A DNA stretch of 64,000 nucleotides from an uncultured archaeon (GTDB lineage Archaea > Aenigmatarchaeota > Aenigmatarchaeia > QMZP01 > QMZT01): positions 987 through 64,986 of the forward strand of contig CAYFVC010000067.1 of the NCBI GenBank assembly GCA_964346665.1, read 5' to 3'. The notes beneath the pieces were generated by a model. It was not told where the DNA came from. It saw only the letters and a list, made by a program, of their open reading frames with translations, and did not search any database. Below, in pieces: positions 54,999-64,000 of the stretch (position 1 is the stretch's first letter; each line of letters begins with the position of its first letter). Position numbers and translations under genes: made by a program.

Positions 54999-57473
54999 CT
55001 ATCCCACTTCGCTCATTATCTTGTTATACATTCTTATGATACGTATGGTTTCGTTGTACAACCCCTTCTTCACTTCCGGATGGATATCATCATAAACTTC
55101 CCTTATCTTGGTATAAATCTTCTCCGCCTCATCTATTTTGTGGTCCGCTAACACCTTTTCCCCTTCCGCTATCAAATCTTCAAGGGTTTTAACGTTCGTT
55201 GTATCCCTCTCCGTCATTCTGTATCTTTTCACTTTCCTTTCAGGCGGAGGTTTCGGAAGTTTAACCTCTTCCTTTTTGATCTCTACCTTTTTCAACTCCT
55301 TTTCCGCCTTCTTTTCCAAGGCTTCATACATTCTAATACCTGTCAACCTTTCGACAATTATTATCGCGTTCTTGATCGCAGCAGACAGATCGGATATGGA
55401 TGGCTCCACGTGTTTGTATTCTATTTCCGTCATCTTAACGGAGAATTCCGCTATCCTGTTGGCAATATCACTCTTGACTTTTCTCCTCCTCACAACCTCG
55501 ATCAATTCTATGTACGTGAATTTCTTGCGAATGTTGAACATTTTGACGAAGAACCCTATCATAACCGCTGAGAATTCCGAGATTATGGTTCGTATTCTCT
55601 TCTTCCCTATTTCCAGTTGTATGAGGTGGAGTTTCCTGAGGGTCAATACACCGAGTAGCTGAAGGTCCGTGTAGGGCGGTGGCCTGATCTTCCTCCTGTA
55701 AACCACAAGCATAAGCGTGTACATTCTGTAAATGAATATCGAACCCGCTCCCAGGATGATCACGATTAGCAAGAACAACACGAAGAACAGTCCACAATCC
55801 TGCGGACACGCCAGCAATTCGCCCTCTTCGCACATCCCGTTACCGCAAACCGGTGGCATCACTTCAGGACACGGAGGACACGGCCCACCGCAGTCTATAT
55901 TCTCTTCACATAACCGAGTCCCCAACTTCGTTATGTGGCAGTTCTTAATCCCGTCGTCACACGTAGAACACGGAGGACACGGCCCTCCACAGTCTATCCA
56001 TATTTCACACATCCCATCATGACAATTCACTACCCCGTCCTCACAGCTCGGTATCGGGACGTAAATGCATGACCTCATCTCCTCGGGTTTATTGAATTCG
56101 GTTCCACAGTTGTTAAGGTCCACGCATTCCCTTGTCTGTATTTCGTAAACAGGACATACAGACCATTCAGAGCATCTCCAGTTCTCCACACAAGCAGGCG
56201 GAGCTCCAACGGGTGGTGCTTTTTTGGAGGGCTCCGGTACGTCTATAACCTTCAGCTCCCACTCATGCGAATCCGTCAATTCCCCGTCAGAGATTATAAC
56301 GGTTACGTTGTGAGTCCCAGCTGATGCGTAGCTCGCGTAATATGTATATTCATCCTCTGTTTCTCCTGTTAATAACCTGCTATCAAAATACCACTGAGTC
56401 GAAGGAATCGTCCCGTCCAGATCGAACTTAGTTATGTTGAAGTACTGGCTTTCTCCCTCGTATATCTCTATCGAATAGTTAAACGGATACCATGAGGTTA
56501 TGTTCGGGGCGTGGTTCACAAAAATAACGGAGAAGCTTATGATTTCCTTATCCCAGAGCTCCCCATCCGTGACCGATATGTTTATCCAGTACGTCCCATT
56601 CAGGGTTTCGTTAACGTAGAACTCAATCAATCCTGTCGAAGAGTTTATATCGAAGAACGTGGAATTGTCGAAAAACGTTAGGTTAGACCATTCCGGCTTG
56701 ACATCCACATCCGTGGCATTAACATCATACGTGTAGTTCTCGTATATTATAGCCGTCTGCGAGCCTATCGTATCAAGAACAGGGGGATCGTTCACGTCTA
56801 TTATCTCGAAATCCACGTTCTGCCAGTCTAGTAACCCGTGCTCATCCATAACCCATATCAGGACTGTATGGTTCCCCACATCCTGCTGGTCAGGTATGAA
56901 GGATATAAGACCCGTTTCGTTGTCTATCTGGAACAGGGGGGTATTGTCCCCGAAGGTCAAAGTGTCGTTATTGGGATCAGTGGCGTTCACGTCATATATA
57001 AAAACGTCGCTCTGGTTTATAACGAAGTCGGGTATGAAATCAAGGACAGGAGGCAGATTCTCTTCTTCAATAGTCAGCTTCATTATCTCTGAATCGCTCA
57101 ATATTCCGCAATTCGAAACCACAGAGATATTTATGTAATGAATCCCATCGTCCCCTTCTTGCGGAGTGAAGGAAATCAAACCCGTTTCATTATTTATATC
57201 GAATAAATTCGTATCATCATAGAACGTGACATTCTCATCATTTGAGACGGTGGTATTGACATCATAGCTATAAGGTACGCCAACGGTGGCGTTCTGGTCT
57301 TCAATCGGGATTATTATAGGGCTGTTATCTATACATAACCCAACGAATCCGACAGCCGTTGCTTTCAAAGTTATTTCCTTGTATCTTATGTAATAAACAG
57401 ATATCTGCAACAAAGTCACGATTATTAATATAACTATTAGTATTGCAATAACCCTGTTAGAGACCTCTCTCAT
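54999..57473 (-). CDS. Large membrane-anchored surface protein with cadherin-like repeats, Cys-rich module and ~250-aa cytoplasmic tail
   Basis: It has a signal anchor. Repeated VNDPP/VNHAP modules occur together with sequons. A CGGPCPPC x2 Cys-rich stalk precedes the TM (LFFVLFLLIVIILGAGSIF), and a charged cytoplasmic domain follows. Confidence 0.5.
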   Translation of the reverse strand: MREVSNRVIAILIVILIIVTLLQISVYYIRYKEITLKATAVGFVGLCIDNSPIIIPIEDQNATVGVPYSYDVNTTVSNDENVTFYDDTNLFDINNETGLISFTPQEGDDGIHYINISVVSNCGILSDSEIMKLTIEEENLPPVLDFIPDFVINQSDVFIYDVNATDPNNDTLTFGDNTPLFQIDNETGLISFIPDQQDVGNHTVLIWVMDEHGLLDWQNVDFEIIDVNDPPVLDTIGSQTAIIYENYTYDVNATDVDVKPEWSNLTFFDNSTFFDINSSTGLIEFYVNETLNGTYWINISVTDGELWDKEIISFSVIFVNHAPNITSWYPFNYSIEIYEGESQYFNITKFDLDGTIPSTQWYFDSRLLTGETEDEYTYYASYASAGTHNVTVIISDGELTDSHEWELKVIDVPEPSKKAPPVGAPPACVENWRCSEWSVCPVYEIQTRECVDLNNCGTEFNKPEEMRSCIYVPIPSCEDGVVNCHDGMCEIWIDCGGPCPPCSTCDDGIKNCHITKLGTRLCEENIDCGGPCPPCPEVMPPVCGNGMCEEGELLACPQDCGLFFVLFLLIVIILGAGSIFIYRMYTLMLVVYRRKIRPPPYTDLQLLGVLTLRKLHLIQLEIGKKRIRTIISEFSAVMIGFFVKMFNIRKKFTYIELIEVVRRRKVKSDIANRIAEFSVKMTEIEYKHVEPSISDLSAAIKNAIIIVERLTGIRMYEALEKKAEKELKKVEIKKEEVKLPKPPPERKVKRYRMTERDTTNVKTLEDLIAEGEKVLADHKIDEAEKIYTKIREVYDDIHPEVKKGLYNETIRIIRMYNKIMSEVG

Positions 57474-57511
57474 AACTACAATTTAAAATTAACCGCGAAA
57501 GGTTAAATTGT

Positions 57512-58702
57512 TTACATGAGCTTTTTCTGTTTGAATTTCTCCCTTTTTTTCATGTAAAACATGAACAAAACAACCAATATCACGATAACGATAACTGCTA
57601 TTATAATCAGAGTTTCAATTCCGATAAAAAATCCGGGTCTCAATTTCACTTCCAGATCAACTTCTCCTGTGTCATTTTTATCTAGGTAACGGAGGACAAC
57701 GAAACCCTTGTATTCACCTACGGGAACGCCTTCCGTTGTATCCCAGTAGTTAGTTACGGTTGGCGTGGCGAATGCCCACACCTTTACATTCTGGCTTTTG
57801 TCAGAGGCGATCGTTTTGCCTTCCATATCCCTGATTGACAGTTCAACGTAAACATCCTTTATTTCCTGATTCCAATAACTTTGTATTTTAGTCAGGATTT
57901 TCCCGACCGTTCCATTGATAATTGGCTCTGCAGAGACGTTAATTATTTCAATGAGTGGAGCCCCTAGATTGAATTTTCTTTCCAGATTTGCAGTTTCTCC
58001 GTCATAGAAAACAGTAACCTTAGCCTGGTACAAACCGAGATCAACATTCGAGAACCAGGTTGCACGTAATTTTTCGCTTTTCGTTGTTTCAATCGGTTTC
58101 CCATCCGTCTGGAGGATAATGATAGTTTTGTTTTCTATATCAAGTATCTCTATCTCACCTTTCGCTCGGGTTATGTTTTCTTTACCAAGGTTGGATACGG
58201 TTATATCGAAAATGACCGTGTCGTTCACGTTCGGATTCTCTATACCCAATTCTATCTCAGCATATTTCCCAGGATAAGGGACCTTAACTATAACCCTCGT
58301 CCCCACCCTTATCCTTGCAACAACAGCCCCTCCCTCAGCAGGGTCCACATACTCCCTTGCCCAGATAATGCTCTCGTGCTCACCGGGCCTTTCAAATTCA
58401 CCAGGAAGTTTAATCCTGAATCTGTAAAGTTCTGACTGGTATGGACCAAAAACGACGTAATCCGGCGTGAGCAAGGTAATGTAGTCTTCCAGTTCACCGG
58501 TCACATAAACATCAAGCTCTTGTGTTCCACCTCCTGTATTAAATATTCGCCCTTCAAATTCCAGTTCCTCATTAGGGACGAAATCCATGGTTATCTTTGC
58601 AGGAGCTATGCCAAGGGCTGATACAGAAGAAGTTAAAAAAAATAAAGAAAAAAATAAAAAAATAAACACAACTATTCTTTTCATGAAAACACCAGTTATC
58701 AC
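57512..58702 (-). CDS. Signal-peptide plus C-terminal-TM surface protein, paralog A
   Basis: It shares its architecture and blocks (ALGIAPAKITMDF; ELEDYITL; RIKLPGEFERPGEHE; VKVPYPGKYAEIELGIENPN) with the ORF at 62116-63357. Confidence 0.45.
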   Translation of the reverse strand: MITGVFMKRIVVFIFLFFSLFFLTSSVSALGIAPAKITMDFVPNEELEFEGRIFNTGGGTQELDVYVTGELEDYITLLTPDYVVFGPYQSELYRFRIKLPGEFERPGEHESIIWAREYVDPAEGGAVVARIRVGTRVIVKVPYPGKYAEIELGIENPNVNDTVIFDITVSNLGKENITRAKGEIEILDIENKTIIILQTDGKPIETTKSEKLRATWFSNVDLGLYQAKVTVFYDGETANLERKFNLGAPLIEIINVSAEPIINGTVGKILTKIQSYWNQEIKDVYVELSIRDMEGKTIASDKSQNVKVWAFATPTVTNYWDTTEGVPVGEYKGFVVLRYLDKNDTGEVDLEVKLRPGFFIGIETLIIIAVIVIVILVVLFMFYMKKREKFKQKKLM

Positions 58703-58724
58703 TTGTTACGAGTTTAAGATTGTA

Positions 58725-59408
58725 TTATGCGGATGATATAGCGCCTATGTTTATTATCTCTCCTTTGGGTCCTACCGCATCGCTGGGTATTGAAAGTCTG
58801 AAGTGAATCCTTAACTTATCTATCTCTGGAGTGTCTCGGTAATCCAAGTCAGAACATACTACTGTTTCCGATACATTCAAGGCTGTCCAAGAGCCTTCCC
58901 CGTAGCCAGATCCATAATCTGCGGAACAAGATCCTGTTTGCCCTGATACATTACCACTCTTGCCTTTGAAGTATGCACCAGCACCAGAATGTATCCATGA
59001 AGATGCCTCGGTGTCAGCACTTATGTTGAGTGATACGTTGACATTACCTTCATTCTCTACCACGAACGGGAAGGCGCATAAAGCCTCTGTACCGTCACAA
59101 CCAGCTACATTCGTTCCGTTAGCCTCTGAACCGTCATCGAAAGCACAAAGTCCACCACAGTTGTTCTGTGATTGCGTGTCTAGTATTCTCCCTGCACCGG
59201 CAAGAATCGAGTCACCGAAGTCGGTTACGTTCCTCACCATATCTATAGCCACAGCACCCGTGATTGAAACGTTCGCTGTTCCGTATTCGAGCGGAGCTCT
59301 CCCTGTCACCGTTATCCTTAGGTTAGCGAGAGTGAACACACCAACCCCTGATACCAATATCGCTATTACCAACAAACTCGCTATCAGATTATTTGATATT
59401 TCAGCCAT
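58725..59408 (-). CDS. Pilin-like / signal-anchored secreted protein (Gly/Ser/Cys-rich)
   Basis: It has an N-terminal hydrophobic helix (LIASLLVIAILVSGVGVF) after a short polar head. The mature part is Gly/Asn/Ser-rich with 6 Cys. Confidence 0.4.
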   Translation of the reverse strand: MAEISNNLIASLLVIAILVSGVGVFTLANLRITVTGRAPLEYGTANVSITGAVAIDMVRNVTDFGDSILAGAGRILDTQSQNNCGGLCAFDDGSEANGTNVAGCDGTEALCAFPFVVENEGNVNVSLNISADTEASSWIHSGAGAYFKGKSGNVSGQTGSCSADYGSGYGEGSWTALNVSETVVCSDLDYRDTPEIDKLRIHFRLSIPSDAVGPKGEIINIGAISSA

Positions 59409-59441
59409 ATTCCTCCCTTAGTATATTTTATATTTGAATAA

Positions 59442-59675
59442 TTATTCCTCAGGCAATATGTTAACTCCTATGTAACCCGTGGTTGACATCGAGCCAGGTC
59501 CCGGCAATATGGTCAATTTTATTTCCCCTTGCTGGGTTGTTTGCGGGCCTTTAGCCGGTATGGTCACAAAATTTATGCTGTTAAGCAAAGCAAACGTTCC
59601 GAATACCGAAACCAAGAGTAACACGATTGCCAATATAAAGAGTATGTTATTAGATTTTACCATACTAACACCCAA
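59442..59675 (-). CDS. Small pilin-like protein (class III-like signal peptide)
   Basis: The 77-aa ORF has MVKSNNILFILAIVLLLVSVFG: a short charged head, then a hydrophobic helix, then a short polar domain. Confidence 0.4.
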   Translation of the reverse strand: MGVSMVKSNNILFILAIVLLLVSVFGTFALLNSINFVTIPAKGPQTTQQGEIKLTILPGPGSMSTTGYIGVNILPEE

Positions 59676-59729
59676 CCCTTATAGATTATTATTTGTTCAA
59701 ACATATTTAAATCTATATTGTCATTAATA

Positions 59730-61601
59730 TCAACTCGTTTTTATTTCAAGATTGATTTTGTTCCCTATCATTCCCTTCTTCTCTATTATCAACCTGTTCA
59801 AACCCCTGCCGATTTTTAATGTTTTATTCAGGTCGATATTTTCATAATCCAGCACTATTTTGAGTGGATAAGCTTCCCCCAGACCGTAGAAGAAACTCGG
59901 TTTTATGTTGGATAAGAACTCGCCCTTTTCAATCGAGCTAATCCTGTTGTTTATGGTTCTCCAGTTCCCCTTTGAAAAAACGAGGAAAACCACAGAATTG
60001 GAGAATCTCTGGTCCGTTCCGATCCCGTAAGTGTTAGAGCCTTTCTCCGTGAATATGGAAAGGGGATTCATTTGCGAAAATACGACGGATTTGAGCACAT
60101 TATTGGAATACGAAGCAAGGTAATAATGATTAGGTGTTGAGTATTCATTTGTAGTTAAGCCTGAGAATGTTGTCTCCCCTGTCCCGGGGATGTAAATTCT
60201 ATCAGATGTGCTGTTCAGGACGAGTTTAACCTGTAGGGTTAGGAGAACTATCGCTATTTTCTTGGAATCATAACCCTTCCCGCCGAATGAATCAGTTGTT
60301 GTTACGCTTATGGACCAGAGACCCTCCGCATCTCCGGGGATTGTGTAATTGTATTCGTAAATATACCCGTTCGTTATCTCCGATATGTTAGTCATGAGTT
60401 CGTTGTTCACAATAGTTGAACCTAGGTTGTCCTTTACGAGCACGGTGGAATTGCTTATGTATTCCCTTCCTAAGATATGCGTAACCTCTGCCCTTATCCT
60501 AACGATTCTTCCGGGCTTGAAAATGTCTTTTTCGGAGAGACCCAAATCATATGTTTTTATTTCGACAACAGGTGTGGAAATTCTTTCAAGGCGGATGATC
60601 ACAAGCTTATTGGTAGTCACGTTTACAGATGTTTTATTCGAGAGAAACCCGAATCTCGTTGCATTTATGGTGTAGTTGTTGTAGAAAAACTGCCCGGAGA
60701 AATTCTGATGGAATTCGGTGATATTCTGTCTCTCTATATAGCCAGAAGCACCCGTTACTTCGAAAAACACGGTTACGTTGTCCTTGTCCTTTCCCGTGAC
60801 ATTTGCCTGGTCCAACGGCGAACCTTCCTCTGTGAGAACCCTTACATCAAGATACCATTTCACATGAACAGCTCCGGCATCAATTTCTATCCCCGATTTA
60901 TCTAGGCTCACATTCAAGAAAATCGTATCACCGGATGAGAAATGGTAGATATTGGCTGACGTGCTGTTTATTATCGAGTCTCTGAAGAAGTTGGCTGATG
61001 ACTGGTATAAGTAAATGGCATAGCTGTTGAAGGATTCGAGAACGTTTCTGAAAAGAGTGTTGTACCGTGAATTTGAATAGAATGCAATACCGATATCGCT
61101 GTTCTTCATAGAATTGTGACCTATCGAGTTGTTGGAGGAGTTGTCTAAGTAGATGTCGTTATTCACGCTTTCCATGAAATTAACACTTACGTTGTTGTAC
61201 CACGAGTCAATCATTTCCACCCCATGGTAATTGTGGGTGAAGTTGTTGCTGAATATCACATTGTCAAAACTGGAATCCAGATAAACCCCGTACCACCAGT
61301 CTGTTATGTTGCAATTCTTTATCGTGATGTTATCATTCCCATTCCAATAGACCCCATATGTACTTGAAGAGTAAACGCCGTCTATTTTATACCCGTTACA
61401 ATCGAGGGTTACGTTATCCGCTGTTATGTTCATGCAGGTTGTATTAGGGCTGTTCAGGATATCCTGGGTGAGATTGTAGATCTCCCCTGCTGTGTCCAAG
61501 ACTGAGCAGTTGTCTATGTTGGCTGCGGATACGGTTTGAGCGCTTCCTAAGAAAACCGTCAATATGGTTATGAATATAAAGAACTTCCCAAACCTAAGCA
61601 T
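59730..61601 (-). CDS. Secreted right-handed parallel beta-helix repeat protein
   Basis: It has a signal peptide (FIFITILTVFLGSAQTVSA). About 20-residue repeats rich in N/S/D/I (NITIKNCNITDWWYGVYLDSS...) are typical of PbH1 beta-helix repeats, and it carries many sequons. Confidence 0.55.
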   Translation of the reverse strand: MLRFGKFFIFITILTVFLGSAQTVSAANIDNCSVLDTAGEIYNLTQDILNSPNTTCMNITADNVTLDCNGYKIDGVYSSSTYGVYWNGNDNITIKNCNITDWWYGVYLDSSFDNVIFSNNFTHNYHGVEMIDSWYNNVSVNFMESVNNDIYLDNSSNNSIGHNSMKNSDIGIAFYSNSRYNTLFRNVLESFNSYAIYLYQSSANFFRDSIINSTSANIYHFSSGDTIFLNVSLDKSGIEIDAGAVHVKWYLDVRVLTEEGSPLDQANVTGKDKDNVTVFFEVTGASGYIERQNITEFHQNFSGQFFYNNYTINATRFGFLSNKTSVNVTTNKLVIIRLERISTPVVEIKTYDLGLSEKDIFKPGRIVRIRAEVTHILGREYISNSTVLVKDNLGSTIVNNELMTNISEITNGYIYEYNYTIPGDAEGLWSISVTTTDSFGGKGYDSKKIAIVLLTLQVKLVLNSTSDRIYIPGTGETTFSGLTTNEYSTPNHYYLASYSNNVLKSVVFSQMNPLSIFTEKGSNTYGIGTDQRFSNSVVFLVFSKGNWRTINNRISSIEKGEFLSNIKPSFFYGLGEAYPLKIVLDYENIDLNKTLKIGRGLNRLIIEKKGMIGNKINLEIKTS

Positions 61602-61672
61602 ATTTTATAATTGTCTCGAGCCTAATAAAAACAAGAATACCAATTTAAAGATTCGTTCTAAAAATAGATTGA

Positions 61673-62119
61673 ATGGACAGGAGAGTTTACATTCTGCCAA
61701 TAATGAGCGTTATTTTAATCGTAATTTTAGCCATGAGACCGGATATAACTGGGTTCATGGTTGCCAGACCTTCAGGACCACTCGAGAACCAAATTTTCGC
61801 AAACATCAGCATGAGCATAAACGAGGACGGGTTCATACCCGAGGATTCGCTCGTAACGGTTTACCTTGATGATCGAAGCTCTTCCATGGGTTTCAAGGAG
61901 TTCATCGACAAAACAGGAACTGGTTATAACCGAATGAAAGGCGAGATACCGGATATAGATTACGAAGGATACGGATTCGGAGGGACATACACCTATGCGA
62001 TAGACATCTCTGAATTCGATCTCAACACAATCCTAGAACCAGGAGAACACAACCTGATAGTTGAAGTGAGTTACGAGAACTACGTGATCTCTCACACCTC
62101 CCAGACCATCGAAGTTTAA
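61673..62119 (+). CDS. Signal-anchored hypothetical protein
   Basis: It has an N-terminal TM (YILPIMSVILIVILAM) and is 148 aa long. Confidence 0.35.
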   Translation: MDRRVYILPIMSVILIVILAMRPDITGFMVARPSGPLENQIFANISMSINEDGFIPEDSLVTVYLDDRSSSMGFKEFIDKTGTGYNRMKGEIPDIDYEGYGFGGTYTYAIDISEFDLNTILEPGEHNLIVEVSYENYVISHTSQTIEV

Positions 62120-63357
62120 AAAGTGGTTTGTCTACTTCCTTTCCCTCTCCTCCTGAAGTAGAAGAACCACCCCACGTTTATCATTATCAGTATTATTACA
62201 ATGGGGACGAGCACGTCCACCCCAGGGCCTCTTTCCCCCTTAGTAGTTATCGCCCTCGCGGTGACCCCGACTATTTCGGTTGTTATGCTCTCAAGCTCTA
62301 TGTAGGCTTTGAGCATTTTCTCCGTTGTTTTTCCAGCGTAGTGGAGGATAAGTCTTCCTTCATACGTCCCCTTCTCAACGCCTTCCGTGTCCCAGTACGC
62401 GTAAAGAGTGGATCTCTTCAAGGCCTCCACATCGACAGAGGCGGATTTGAAACTCGCTACCTGATCGCCTTCCAGATCGTTTATGATCATCTCCGCGTAA
62501 ACACTCGAAATCTTCTGGTTCCATTTGTTCTCCACATTTATCTCAAACTTCGCTATTCCACCGAGGACAAAACTCCTCACCTTGATGTCAATGACCTCTA
62601 TTCGAAGCGTGCCCACGCCGAAATTCTTCCCAATGCTAGCGACTTTCTCGTCATAGTTCACGGTCACGACTGCATGATACATCCCTGGGTTCACATTCGC
62701 TTTCCACGGGACGATGATCTCCCCTGTTTTCTTTGAATCCACTGCTATTTCCTCACTTTCGATTATAGATATCCTCTCGTTTGTCGGCCCTAGTATGTCG
62801 ATTGTTGCGGAGGCCTTGTATATGTTCTCTGTCCCAAGGTTGTATATCTTGACGAAGAATGTAACGGTCTCGTTCGGCTCTGCCTCATGGATAACCAAAT
62901 CCAAATCCGCGTACTTCCCTGGATAAGGAACCCTTACCCTTAACTGGTGGATTACAGCGGTAGTTGCCATAACAATCTGTTCCCCTTCCTCCGCCTCTGA
63001 TGGCATTTCCATAACCACTATCTTTGCCCAGTGGTCCCCGGGCTTCTCGATTTTTTCAGGGAGTTTGACTTTGTAAGTGAAGGGTTTTGAATCGTCCGTT
63101 TCGCTGAACTCCACTATGTTCTTTTCCGCCGTTATGTAATCTTTAAGATCGTCCTCAGCGTATATTAACGCTCTGAACTCCTTGTGTTCATTGTTGATTA
63201 TCGTGAACGTAACGGTTTTTTCGAGACTTGGCTCGAAATCCACCGTCGTCCTGCCCGGCGTCACACCGATCGCACTAACATTTACCGGGACCAGACACAA
63301 AGCTAACAAAATCGTTAGCAACGCTACCAAACCCTTAAACCTGTTCTGCATTGACAT
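62116..63357 (-). CDS. Signal-peptide plus C-terminal-TM surface protein, paralog B
   Basis: It is a paralog of 57512-58702: AIGVTPGRTTVDF; DLKDYITAEKNIVEF; KVKLPEKIEKPGDHW; VRVPYPGKYADLDLVIHEAEPN; C-terminal TM plus RRRGKG tail. Confidence 0.45.
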   Translation of the reverse strand: MSMQNRFKGLVALLTILLALCLVPVNVSAIGVTPGRTTVDFEPSLEKTVTFTIINNEHKEFRALIYAEDDLKDYITAEKNIVEFSETDDSKPFTYKVKLPEKIEKPGDHWAKIVVMEMPSEAEEGEQIVMATTAVIHQLRVRVPYPGKYADLDLVIHEAEPNETVTFFVKIYNLGTENIYKASATIDILGPTNERISIIESEEIAVDSKKTGEIIVPWKANVNPGMYHAVVTVNYDEKVASIGKNFGVGTLRIEVIDIKVRSFVLGGIAKFEINVENKWNQKISSVYAEMIINDLEGDQVASFKSASVDVEALKRSTLYAYWDTEGVEKGTYEGRLILHYAGKTTEKMLKAYIELESITTEIVGVTARAITTKGERGPGVDVLVPIVIILIMINVGWFFYFRRRGKGSRQTTF

Positions 63358-63823
63358 CCTCGTTCCTTTCTATTTCTAGAGACTCATTTACCCCGAGCAA
63401 AAACGATCCGGTTATCCGGTGGAGGAGGAGAACAACATTACCCTCGTTCTTCACCTCGTTTTCCTTCCTAGCGATGATCACGCTCGACCCTATCGTTAGC
63501 TTCCGGACCTCGCTTACTATCCCTGCTGATACAACCTTCCAATAATACGTCCCGAAATCCAGATTTCGCTCGAATCTGTAAGAATTCCCCGTAACCTCCC
63601 TGGTTAAAGGCGTTGTGAAATCCGGGTCGTCGTCCAGGAAAATCACAAATTCCCTCTGCATTCCACCCCAAGCGAACTTGGGCTTCCTTTCGGTGGTGTA
63701 CAACCCGTTTTCAGGCGAAACAAGCGGGATTGTCACGAGGTTTATGAATACGAATGAAAGTACACCAATCACTAACAGATTCAAAACTGCGATCGATATT
63801 TTGGCTTTATACATGGTACTCAC
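63335..63823 (-). CDS. Signal-anchored hypothetical protein
   Basis: It has an N-terminal TM (ISIAVLNLLVIGVLSFVFINLV). The tool start is GTG, and an ATG (MYKAK) lies 3 codons downstream. Confidence 0.35.
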   Translation of the reverse strand: MSTMYKAKISIAVLNLLVIGVLSFVFINLVTIPLVSPENGLYTTERKPKFAWGGMQREFVIFLDDDPDFTTPLTREVTGNSYRFERNLDFGTYYWKVVSAGIVSEVRKLTIGSSVIIARKENEVKNEGNVVLLLHRITGSFLLGVNESLEIERNEDVNAEQV

Positions 63824-64000
63824 CTGTGAACATTATAGTGGAGTTTTTTGGTCCAGGAGGTTCGCCCAAAGGAACCTCTATGTAAATATCAATCTCCGCA
63901 GAGCTGTTCCCTGAGGTGTAATTCATGTAGTCTATAAAGGTTACGTTTTGATCAACCTGAGGAACATTAGCAGGGGAAGTCTGTGAACCGCTCCAGTTGA
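63811..64000 (-). CDS. Partial CDS (3' end of a gene continuing beyond the window), probably secreted/glycosylated
   Basis: An open frame on the minus strand runs to the window edge, ends in TAA near 63811 and has N-x-S/T sequons. Confidence 0.25.

Overview
This is an archaeal chromosomal window with about 45% GC, and no rRNA, CRISPR array, transposase or integrase was seen.

**Lineage evidence.** The calls supporting an archaeal origin are the archaeal ribosomal-protein operon order (L4-L23-L2-S19-L22-S3-L29-SUI1), S3Ae/eS1, an eL41-like micro-ORF, PCNA, RadB, diphthine synthase, Cbf5, archaeal Get3 with a CxxC motif, and KGQ-type class III signal peptides.

**Housekeeping backbone.** It comprises the ribosomal-protein block (minus strand, 72-3850), dphB, a bacterial-type (class I) GAPDH, an OBG/YchF-like GTPase, metG, a RecJ-like DHH phosphoesterase, rps3ae, a LOG-family gene, cbf5, get3, ahcY, a nitroreductase, alaX, PCNA, topA, radB and a MoxR-DUF58-VWA triad.

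**Accessory material:**
- (a) A GT81 glycosyl-3-phosphoglycerate synthase and phosphatase cluster with a second divergent GT81 paralog, an NDP-sugar pyrophosphorylase and a GalT-family gene (6006-10928).
- (b) Four tandem paralogous cytoplasmic PQQ-repeat beta-propeller genes (11028-16218).
- (c) Two secretome or cell-surface clusters (34384-42719 and 47674-63823). They hold giant glycosylation-sequon-rich adhesin-like proteins, class III signal (type IV pilin-like) proteins, a beta-helix protein, a putative clan CD peptidase-like protein and paralogous signal-peptide plus C-terminal-anchor proteins.
- (d) Small AT-rich islands of hypothetical genes next to tRNA-Thr and next to a tandem Lrp/AsnC regulator.

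**tRNA genes.** The most striking feature is that all four tRNA genes found carry introns at non-canonical positions:
- tRNA-Thr(GGU) has a D-loop intron.
- Initiator tRNA-Met has a T-loop intron.
- tRNA-Leu(CAA) has D-loop and T-loop introns.
- tRNA-Gly(GCC) has three introns (D-loop, canonical 37/38 and T-loop), about 238 nt of gene for a 73-nt mature tRNA.

A structured intergenic region of about 380 nt (47293-47673) remains unassigned.
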